From Microbotryum violaceum (taxonomy: Eukaryota): a stretch of 64,000 nt of DNA. Under the pieces are notes generated by a model. The model searched no databases, was not told where the DNA came from, and was given only the letters and a program-made list of their open reading frames with translations. Location of the stretch: positions 558,001 to 622,000 of the forward strand of contig CDLV01000019.1 in NCBI GenBank assembly GCA_001244265.2. Reading direction: 5' to 3'. Numbering within the stretch: position 1 is the stretch's first letter; every line of letters begins with the position of its first letter. Below, in pieces: positions 41,501-51,626 of the stretch. Position numbers and translations under genes: made by a program.

Positions 41501-43026
41501 CCGTCCTCTTCGTCCCCGTCCTGAGCTCCGTCGTCGATGCCATCTCGGTCGTCTTCGTCGTCGTCGTCGTCGTCGTCGTATTCGTCGTCGTCGTCGCTCC
41601 ACTCGTCTTCGTCCTCGGTCGTCGTAGCGTCATCGTACGTACTGACACTCTCACTCGAGGCTATCGAAGGCGCGATATTGACCGGAGCCGAAGTCGAAGC
41701 CGAAGCCGAGGTCGACGGCGGGGCTAAAGTCGAGGCCACGGCCGTGTCCGGCGGCTCAGTCGGCACTGCGCGCTTCTGACTCGTCGCACCTTGGTCTAGC
41801 ACGAGCCGCCGTACACCCTCGACTAGGCTCTGCGTCGCCGTCGGGGTTGGGGTCCCGTTTGCACTCGAAGAATCGTGCCCCAACGGCTTGGGCGAGTAGA
41901 TGACTTTGACGACCGAATTCGACGTCGAGCTCGGAATCGAAGGTGGCGGTGGTGGCTCGTTCAAGACGGAGGGGGAAGATCCTGCATGAAAAGGTGCAGG
42001 TTCGGAGGTGGTCGAAGAACCTCTCGAAGGAATGGGCACCACAGGTGGGCCGAGAATGTCGTGGACCGAATGGGGTGGCATCGCTGCATTCGGTAAGGAG
42101 AATTCGGGCACGGGAGAACCCAACATTCCACCACCACCGATCGTGCCTACGGTTCTCCGCGGGCTTGTCAGCCGTGGACTCACGGGTCGACTCGTCGTCA
42201 ATCCACTCGGTTCAATGCCAAGCGCCGGCGACGGGTGACCCGATCGGTCGCCTTTGCTCGGAGAAGGGAGGATGTTCGGCGACGAGCGACGGCTGTGCGA
42301 CGAGCGACGCTGGGCCTGCGAGGCCGAGACGGAGCGAGAGATGGAGGCGCGTTGCGAGGAAAAGGGGGAACCGGGGGCAAAAAAGTGGTTCGGTTCCGGC
42401 GAGGTGTGGGTCGACGGCGTCGCGTTCGTCTGCTTAATCGCGGTCGCTCGCTCCTTGCCCTTGATCGACAGCGAGGGGCTCTTGGCGTTGAGAACCATGA
42501 TGGAACTCGTCTCCGACCGTGTGCTAGAAGGCAGACGCGATTTCGACGGCCGCCGCAGTGCCTCGAGCTCCTTGTCGGGGATCGACGTCGTCTCCTTAAA
42601 CAGGTTGAGGCTCACGCTCGCCTTGCGCCCTCCTGCCCCCGCGGCCGTGGTGTGCGCATTCGTACGGACTACGCGAGAGGAAGAGGAAGGCGGAGAAGAA
42701 AACGAGTCGTGGTGGGCGACGGCAGCCAACGTGAGAGCTACGGGTGAGGAGGAGACTGACGACGGCGGTGACGCCAGGGGAGACGAGCCGGGCGAGACGG
42801 ACAAAGTCGGGTCCAACGGTGCCGTCGAGGCCAGCGTATATCGAGACGACATCGGATCACTGAGCGACGATGGATCCGGGGGACTGGCTGTCGTCTCCCC
42901 GAGCGTGGCAGTGGCTCCGGGCCCCACCTTGAGCGGTAATGGTTCGTTGCCGAGCGCGGTCGAGGTCGTGTCGACCGAGTGAGATCCCGACGATCGCCTC
43001 TTGCTCGGGCTCACTGCTTCCTCCAT
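38545..43026 (-). CDS. KCS1: Inositol polyphosphate kinase, IP6K/Kcs1-like
   Basis: [15 protein letters not shown]...[32 protein letters not shown] (PxxxDxKxG), [18 protein letters not shown]. Confidence 0.88.
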
Positions 43027-44039
43027 CTCCCTACTCCGTGAGTGCGGAACTGTTAATTGTCGTCAGAGAGGAGAGCAAGCCAAAATTGGTCAGCGTCCGC
43101 AACCCGTAATTGGGTCAACTCGGGGGGCCACTCCACAGGGCGTGGTCGACTGTCAGCTCGGACAACTCTCGCCACCATAGCAAGGGCTAAAAGAGGCGTT
43201 GCTTTAAAGCAAATATGTAGAGGCTCTTTCGGTCGTCGCGACTGGGGGCTAAAAGTTGTCGCCGAGCCGGCAGGTCGGGCAGAGGCGATCAAGGACAACC
43301 GGGTCCTGCGGGCTCCGCGTGATATGGTACTCACTGTATGTAGCAATGTGTCCGATTGGCAGTTCTGGATCGATGTTTCAGAAGGTCTGCACCGGCGTCG
43401 ACGTCTGGGACGACCGCGATAGCTCGAGAGACAGGGGCGAGAGTCAATAATCGGCAACAGGAGAGGTGCACAGGTCCTGCTTGATTATGCCAAAGCTGAT
43501 TTAGTTAAGCGAGTTGTTGTGATGGTGGTCCACAGTAAAAGACCACAGGGTCTCGATGCGCAGGACTGTGGGATGTTGTGGCGCTCGTTCGGCGACGGCG
43601 ACTGTGACTGTGACTGAGCGAGCGACACTGGCGAGGGAGCCGTCAGAGAGAGTGGCGTAAGTAAGCGTAGAGAGGTGGGATGCACAAGACGAGCCGAGGT
43701 AGACCAAATGGCCGGTGGTCTGGGGGGTGGAGATCGGTAAGCAACCAAAAGTCGAGGCGAGCGCGCGTCACGGCGGTCAAAGCGCTAGCGCCGGCAGCTC
43801 GCCAGAACTCGCCCGCTACAAGAACCAACGCCACAGTTTGCAAGCGCCACATATCATCGACCGCTCCTGGCAGAGTGTCGCTACCGATTGAAGCTCGGCG
43901 AAGTACAATCTTACCGGCTCGACAAAGCGTAGGCATAACATATGCCGATCCTAACTCGTTGTTGGAGCGTTTCAGTTACAACTGTTCGAATTCATTATCT
44001 GCTGTGGGCAGTTCGGTCCAACACTGAGGGTCGGTTAAT

Positions 44040-44300
44040 TCCGGTAATACCCATTCTGAAGGGTATTACCCAGGTCTCACCTGGGTATTGTCCCGAGCGC
44101 GCCTGGGTAATACCCAGCTGACGGGTAATACCCAGGCGCGCGGTATCAACCCCACGTCGGGCATTAACTCTCTGACGGGTATTACCCATCTCCGCGGGTA
44201 ATACCCAGCCGACGGGGAATACCCGGGCGCGCGGTAATACCCCCCAGCCGGGTATTAACTTTGACATGGGTAATATCTGCCTGGATGGTTATTCCCCCGG
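44040..44300. repeat. Subterminal array of about 14 GGGTA(A/T)TACCC-like motifs (mirrored at about 48950-49210; related array at about 49915-50036)
   Basis: Visible; typical of CACTA subterminal transposase/TnpA binding arrays. Confidence 0.85.
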
Positions 44301-44384
44301 CCTCCGGGTTTCTTCTGTACGTGCAGCGTAGTTACTACCGGGTCTGGGTTGTTACCACCGCAATACCACCACTCGGATGTCTAG

Positions 44385-45635
44385 AACTTCTCTGTAACAC
44401 TCTTGCCTCTGGCAGTGGATGAAACAGACGAGTGAAGGAAGCCAGTGTATTATTCCAGGTTCAGAAAATTGGGCCGAGCTTCGTCATCCATCCGGTCAAA
44501 GATGTACTCCGGGACTCCTCTCGACCAACCCTCCGATGTATGCGACCAGCTGAGCCCAGGATGCACCGCAGATCCACAATCTCGACCGCTCCTGAAGCAC
44601 GTTTACCTTGAGTGAAGAACAAATTCTGATGCTTGTGCCCTCCTACAACAGACAAAGCCTTCCTCTTTTGCCGCTTTAGCGTCGGCTTGGCAATCGGGCC
44701 CGTTCGACCGTGTCAACAGGTTGCAAGTGGCTCAAACCAAGCGACCGTACCTTCCCAAGCAGGAAGTTCTATGAAGCGAGAGGAATGTGTCAGGGTCGTA
44801 AGGCCGCCTGGCACAACCAAGTGCGAATGCGCGCACCTGCTCCCCATATCGGAACTCATAAATCGCCAAAAGTTGACCAAAATGTTTGACACGATCGGCT
44901 CCTTCGCCTTCACGAGGGAACGCCTGAGAGTTGTCTCTTGCACGACGTCGACTACTGTCTATCAATATATCGTACTGAAAATGCTTCCTCAGCGTAACTG
45001 TAATCGTAACCTGGTACTATAACTTACTGAGATCCATGAAGCATCCCGTGTGTCTGCGGAAACTCTTGCATGCTTTGACAGTCGCTCCGCCGCCGCAATC
45101 CGGTCCCGTCCAGAGTCCATGCGGTAGCCTTCAAAAGAATTGATCGACAAGCTCAAAATTGATGTCCTGATTGCGTCAACCTATGCGGCAGTGAGCCGCA
45201 GATTAGCAATTCGAAATGCCGGATGGATCTGAACCAAATGTGAATACGCACCTTTCGCTTGAAGACCACAGGGGCCAGCTGACCAAACAATTCGCGTGCA
45301 ATGAATTGCGCAACTCGCATTACATCGTTGATACCCGGTCCCTGCTTCAGCTTGTCACTGCGCCGTCCGTAAAGACCCAAAGCTTCGGCCCCCGAGTCCC
45401 CATTTTCACTCGAAGCTTGTCGTGATGCGGCCGCGGACGAACCGCGCATTTGATCTCCCGTTGCGTTCATGAACAACCCCCGTGACTGTTGCATCTGCTC
45501 GAGCTCCATCTTCTTGTCCTACTGATGCTTCATCAGTGCCGGTACAGTGATGGGATAAGAGAAGCGAGGAAAGCGCGAACACGCCATTTGCAAGGCAGCA
45601 TCCGCACACACATCTGCATGGGTTACAGAGAAGTG
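44385..45635 (-). mobile_element. Nested TIR-bounded remnant with a degenerate CACTA-like transposase C-terminus (mirror copy 47614-48866, + strand)
   Basis: 13-bp perfect IR ACTTCTCTGTAAC (44386-44398) / GTTACAGAGAAGT (45622-45634); one end reads CACTT. Broken frames carry RDNS...HFGQLLAIYEF and EIVDLRCILGSAGRI...EYIFDR, which resemble fungal Tnp2-like C-termini. No TSD seen. Confidence 0.55.
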
Positions 45636-45699
45636 GTCAGAGATTTTACATCGAAATCAACTCGTATTTCTTGGGCAGAGCATTTTATTACTGACAACG

Positions 45700-46382
45700 A
45701 TTCACTGCTTCTCGCAACGACCGAGCTGCTTCGCAACTCGTCCGGCTACCGAGACTGGGTCCTCGCCATCCGTTCACGCCTGCCCTCCGGCGTCGTCCGT
45801 TACCTCAACACGGGCGTACCACTCGAGTCTTGGCCTGCTTCGTATGTCCCTCTCTGGGACCACTACGCCTGCTCCTCCATTTGCGCCTCCGTCGATTCGC
45901 AAACTGTCCTCCGGGCCTGTCACCTTACCTCGACGAATCGCTCGCAGCACCCAAGGTCTGGCAGGCACTTCGCGAACGCTACGGCACCGTCTCTGCTGTC
46001 GATCTGCTACCGGTCATCCAACGCCTCTTCAGCTCCGACCCTGTGCCCGTCACTCCCGACCTGTTCCTGCAATTCCGCGACAGTTTCGAAAACGACGCCC
46101 GGCTGCTGCAGGACTCGCAGGTCACCGTGAACGCCCTTCTCGCCTCGCACTTGCTTGCTCGCCTTCCTTCGTCCTTCGACGCCTGGCGCACCACCTTCGT
46201 TGCTGACCAGGGCGATTCCACTGCGATGCCCTCCGCCACCGAGATCTTCACGCGCCTTTACCGCGATGTCAAAGCCCGCCCCGTCGATACTCCTGTTGCC
46301 GCCGTCACCACCGCTGTGATGATGTCACGCCTGCTCAAGCGGTGGTAAGTCTCTGATCGAAGGACCAAGGGAGACCAGACCT

Positions 46383-46415
<33 letters not shown>

Positions 46416-46867
46416 TGTGCCGTCGCCACCCCGCAGGCTCGCCACGGCTGTTCAAGGCCGTGCCCAAATCCGTCTTGTCGCAAGTTGCACTGGCTCCGGG
46501 AATGCCCCGACACCGCCTGGGCCGCCGCCTACCGAGCTCGTCGCACCGCCGAGAAGAAGGCCTCCCAGCCAGTCGCGTCACTAGCCGCAGTGGACACACC
46601 CAACTCTGTGTCGTTCACGGCCTGTCTCCTCGCAACACCTTCGCCATTTCGCAAATCGGCTTGGCTTCTTGACTCGGGCGCTAATCGCCATATGACGAAC
46701 GACAGGGGCCTTTTTTCCGGGCTTCGCACGGTCGCAGGCCCACGAGTTGGAGGCGTCGCCGGCTCCCTCCCTTCCACCGGCTGCGGCACCATTTGCATCC
46801 AGACTTCAACGGGTCCCATCACCGTGTCCAATGTCCTCCTGGTACCGGATCTCCCAAGCAACTTCTT
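45700..46867 (+). mobile_element. Ty1/Copia gag-zinc knuckle-protease fragment, no LTR, truncated (partial mirror copy about 46868-47550, - strand)
   Basis: YRDWVLAIRSRL, KVWQALRERYG, LLARLPSSFDAW (gag); CPNPSCRKLHWLREC knuckle; WLLDSGANRHMT and VLLVPDLPSNFL (Copia protease). Cut at the fold-back junction; in-frame TAA at 46346-46348. Confidence 0.85.
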
Positions 46868-49800
46868 GGTCTGGTCTCCCTTGGTCCTTCGATCAGAGAC
46901 TTACCACCGCTTGAGCAGGCGTGACATCATCACAGCGGTGGTGACGGCGGCAACAGGAGTATCGACGGGGCGGGCTTTGACATCGCGGTAAAGGCGCGTG
47001 AAGATCTCGGTGGCGGAGGGCATCGCAGTGGAATCGCCCTGGTCAGCAACGAAGGTGGTGCGCCAGGCGTCGAAGGACGAAGGAAGGCGAGCAAGCAAGT
47101 GCGAGGCGAGAAGGGCGTTCACGGTGACCTGCGAGTCCTGCAGCAGCCGGGCGTCGTTTTCGAAACTGTCGCGGAATTGCAGGAACAGGTCGGGAGTGAC
47201 GGGCACAGGGTCGGAGCTGAAGAGGCGTTGGATGACCGGTAGCAGATCGACAGCAGAGACGGTGCCGTAGCGTTCGCGAAGTGCCTGCCAGACCTTGGGT
47301 GCTGCGAGCGATTCGTCGAGGTAAGGTGACAGGCCCGGGAGGACAGTTTGCGAATCGACGGAGGCGCAAATGGAGGAGCAGGCGTAGTGGTCCCAGAGAG
47401 GGACATACGAAGCAGGCCAAGACTCGAGTGGTACGCCGTGTTGAGGTAACGGACGACGCCGGAGGGCAGGCGTGAACGGATGGCGAGGACCCAGTCTCGG
47501 TAGCCGGACGAGTTGCGAAGCAGCTCGGTCGTTGCGAGAAGCAGTGAATCGTTGTCAGTAATAAAATGCTCTGCCCAAGAAATACGAGTTGATTTCGATG
47601 TAAAATCTCTGACCACTTCTCTGTAACCCATGCAGATGTGTGTGCGGATGCTGCCTTGCAAATGGCGTGTTCGCGCTTTCCTCGCTTCTCTTATCCCATC
47701 ACTGTACCGGCACTGATGAAGCATCAGTAGGACAAGAAGATGGAGCTCGAGCAGATGCAACAGTCACGGGGGTTGTTCATGAACGCAACGGGAGATCAAA
47801 TGCGCGGTTCGTCCGCGGCCGCATCACGACAAGCTTCGAGTGAAAATGGGGACTCGGGGGCCGAAGCTTTGGGTCTTTACGGACGGCGCAGTGACAAGCT
47901 GAAGCAGGGACCGGGTATCAACGATGTAATGCGAGTTGCGCAATTCATTGCACGCGAATTGTTTGGTCAGCTGGCCCCTGTGGTCTTCAAGCGAAAGGTG
48001 CGTATTCACATTTGGTTCAGATCCATCCGGCATTTCGAATTGCTAATCTGCGGCTCACTGCCGCATAGGTTGACGCAATCAGGACATCAATTTTGAGCTT
48101 GTCGATCAATTCTTTTGAAGGCTACCGCATGGACTCTGGACGGGACCGGATTGCGGCGGCGGAGCGACTGTCAAAGCATGCAAGAGTTTCCGCAGACACA
48201 CGGGATGCTTCATGGATCTCAGTAAGTTATAGTACCAGGTTACGATTACAGTTACGCTGAGGAAGCATTTTCAGTACGATATATTGATAGACAGTAGTCG
48301 ACGTCGTGCAAGAGACAACTCTCAGGCGTTCCCTCGTGAAGGCGAAGGAGCCGATCGTGTCAAACATTTTGGTCAACTTTTGGCGATTTATGAGTTCCGA
48401 TATGGGGAGCAGGTGCGCGCATTCGCACTTGGTTGTGCCAGGCGGCCTTACGACCCTGACACATTCCTCTCGCTTCATAGAACTTCCTGCTTGGGAAGGT
48501 ACGGTCGCTTGGTTTGAGCCACTTGCAACCTGTTGACACGGTCGAACGGGCCCCGATTGCCAAGCCGACGCTAAAGCGGCAAAAGAGGAAGGCTTTGTCT
48601 GTTGTAGGAGGGCACAAGCATCAGAATTTGTTCTTCACTCAAGGTAAACGTGCTTCAGGAGCGGTCGAGATTGTGGATCTGCGGTGCATCCTGGGCTCAG
48701 CTGGTCGCATACATCGGAGGGTTGGTCGAGAGGAGTCCCGGGAGTACATCTTTGACCGGATGGATGACGAAGCTCGGCCCAATTTTCTGAACCTGGAATA
48801 ATACACTGGCTTCCTTCACTCGTCTGTTTCATCCACTGCCAGAGGCAAGAGTGTTACAGAGAAGTTCTAGACATCCGAGTGGTGGTATTGCGGTGGTAAC
48901 AACCCAGACCCGGTAGTAACTACGCTGCACGTACAGAAGAAACCCGGAGGCCGGGGAATAACCATCCAGGCAGATATTACCCATGTCAAAGTTAATACCC
49001 GGCTGGGGGGTATTACCGCGCGCCCGGGTATTCCCCGTCGGCTGGGTATTACCCGCGGAGATGGGTAATACCCGTCAGAGAGTTAATGCCCGACGTGGGG
49101 TTGATACCGCGCGCCTGGGTATTACCCGTCAGCTGGGTATTACCCAGGCGCGCTCGGGACAATACCCAGGTGAGACCTGGGTAATACCCTTCAGAATGGG
49201 TATTACCAGAATTAACCGACCCTCAGTGCGATCGGCTTCAGATACAGGCACAAGCGACCTCGAAGAGGAAGAAGTGCTGGCAACTAGGAACAGGACCCTA
49301 GTGCCCAAGAAGCGAGGTGCGCGCCAAGGAGCAGGATCGCCACAATTGTCGCAGGAGACTCAACAAACAAGCCCCCACGTGGGTTCAAGCGGTCAACGTT
49401 CGACTCCTGCAGCCAGCGGTGTCAGAGGCCCGGGCCCGCCAAGAAACAAGAAGAAGAAGACCGAACACAATCCTAACAGAAGCCAACAGACCAACCCAAA
49501 GAGAGACCTTGGCAACGGTCGAGCTGAAGAAGAAGAAGACGAGGATCAGACAGGATGAAGAAGAAGTCGAGAAATTGGAACGCTCTCCAAGGACTTGAGG
49601 AAGCGGAGCACGCGCGGCAGCTGCGGATGATTTGGATGCCAACGATCCAAACTATGCGGCTACGGGTCAAAGATGGTAACGGAGGTAGACACTTGCTAGA
49701 CAAATACTACAACATCTGGCATGCAATACAAAATGGCTGCATTAACATTAGTAATATGAACGCGAGCATTAGTAGTTTATGATACAGACCCTAATGAGTA

Positions 49801-51626
49801 AGCCAATGCCAATTGAGCTCGCACTAGCATTTAATGATAAAGAACCTAATGAGCAAGCTAATGTGAATTAAGCTCGATCACGCTCCCGAAAAGAGCCCCT
49901 ATTGAGACTTTTTGGATGGTATTACCCATTAAAATTGGAAATACTCGAACCGAAGGGAATGCCGTCTGCTTGGGTAATACCCATTCTGATGGGTAATACC
50001 GCAGCCCAGGCAATACCCATTCAGATGGGTATTCCCCGCCAAAAACGTCGCTCAGTGCAACGTCAGAACGTACCCCTACAAATCGAATCGTTCCAGGTTC
50101 CAGTACTTTGGAATCAACTCAGAATCGACTGCGTCACATTCCGAAACGAGCTCGAACCACTCGAATTTGTGATGCTCTTACTGAATCGATTTCAAATCAC
50201 TGAAACTGTTCTGGAACGATTTCATAGTTCCATAGTTAGGGGTGGGTTTTGCTAAGGACACCCAAATGGCAGCCCGATCTCTGACGGTCAAGCCAGTCTT
50301 CCATATTCTACTCGCGGGACCCCGCTCGAGATAGATTGAATGTTTCTCTGGCCAATAGGGGCTTGCGCCGTCGCGCCGCCGGATCCCGTGACCTGCTGGC
50401 TCGCGATTCCCACGTGCACGACCCGGTGGCTCTATAACTTGCGACGCACGCGCGTGAAACGCTTCAAGGGAAGGAACTTCGGTCAGAGCCCCATTCCATT
50501 CACTAGTGCATTGCTACCTTAAAGATACGGCTCTTGAACATCGTGTGCTCGGGGGCGCTAATCCCAGGGGGGTTTTTCGTAGGCGCGCGGCCGCCGCACG
50601 TGCGGTGGGGTTGACTGCAGTGGGCGAACGTGCAAGAATTGAAAAGTTCTCCGCTATCGCCAGAAGGAGCGACAGACGATGGTGTTTCCGCTAGCAGGAA
50701 AAAACCAAGGCAGACCGGATGAATCTGGGTTGGTGGGCGGTGAGCTTGTAGCGCGAATTAATTTGTTGAAGTTCCACTCGAGATTGCAGTGCCTCCGTGT
50801 GATGAGAGCCCGTCACGGGTAGATTGGCGGCCCCTGTCACTGTTACCGGTCGTCCTTTACGACTTTCGGTAGATTCCTTGAAGCGAGCCAACTCTTATGG
50901 GTGAACATGGCGGGACCTGACCGTCAGACTTCGACTGGACGATTCGATAGATTCTGTAACTGCAAACTCGGTTAAATCCGGTCGCCGGTAGCCGCCGCCG
51001 GTCGGGTCGACTTTAAGAATCGAAGGCCAGCAATGTTCGGAGGACCGAGGCCCAAATCAAACAGTGGGATTTGACCTTCTCCAAGACCTTGCAGAGACAT
51101 TCATGTGTTCCCCCTCTAATGCAGCAGAGTTCGTAGCGGAAGTTGACTCACGCGCGGTCGATTTCAGCGCCAGCGCTCGGTCTTCGGCGATCCACGGGGA
51201 TCAGCATGGCAGTAGCAAGCGCATATGGCGCGATCGGCCCACGCTGCGCCAAGTCTGGCCAAGTCGCTGTGACTTGCTGCTTCAGCAGCTCCGCAGCTCG
51301 TGTCGCTCAGCTTCCTCCCGCACCCTCCCCCCCGCATCCCTCCCTCCATTCCTTTCTTCAAAACACTACTCTGTACGTGGTCGATCCCCGTCGTCGTCAA
51401 GCGTTTCCATGCCCACTGCTGACCTGACTTGTTCTATCATCACCACCTACGTTGTACATCTTTGAAATTTGTCGGGCCTTTTTTCACGTCGCGCTCGCGC
51501 TCGCACCATCCGCCAACCCCGCTGCCACGTCCTCCCCTGCCCGCTGTTCGCCGTCGCCCCTCCCTGCCTCTACCGTCCGCGCCGCTCTCTCCCCCTCTCA
51601 CCTCGCCCTGTCATACAATAGCCAAA

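Larger units (their letters stand above)
44022..49228. repeat. Long inverted repeat: arms 44022-46381 (2360 bp) and 46868-49228 (2361 bp), 486-bp spacer
   Basis: Arms are reverse complements (mirror ORFs in the track). By eye I found five 1-bp indels and one C/T substitution. Confidence 0.97.
44022..50057. mobile_element. Non-autonomous CACTA/CMC-type DNA transposon, rearranged, with three termini
   Basis: Starts CACTGAG (44022) and ends CTCAGTG (50057); CAA on both flanks (44019-44021, 50058-50060) is a 3-bp TSD; GGGTAATACCC/GGGTATTACCC subterminal arrays at both ends; an extra inverted left end terminates at 49228. Confidence 0.85.

Noticed and set aside
44040-44300. Regularly spaced palindromic repeats resembling a CRISPR array
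   Set aside because: Units are about 11 bp, degenerate, with very short spacers, next to a TIR in a eukaryote; no cas genes. They are subterminal repeats.
45624-45632. TACAGAGAA (U6/METTL16 nonamer), also near 48855
   Set aside because: Part of the nested element's inverted repeat; no other U6 sequence.
47712-47730. CTGATGA hammerhead core (also near 19673 and 56975 on the minus strand)
   Set aside because: No stem II plus GAAA or cleavage-site geometry.
43949-50241. CCTAACT...AGTTAGG flanking the CACTA element as a possible older host MITE
   Set aside because: Only a 7-bp match and no TSD.
50411-50602. CACGTG boxes upstream of MET6 (Cbf1-like)
   Set aside because: 6-mers over 1 kb upstream, expected by chance; that regulatory logic is not established for this lineage.
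50545-50625. GC-rich hairpin region as an HDV-like ribozyme
   Set aside because: P1 and P3 pairings and the J4/2 motif do not fit.
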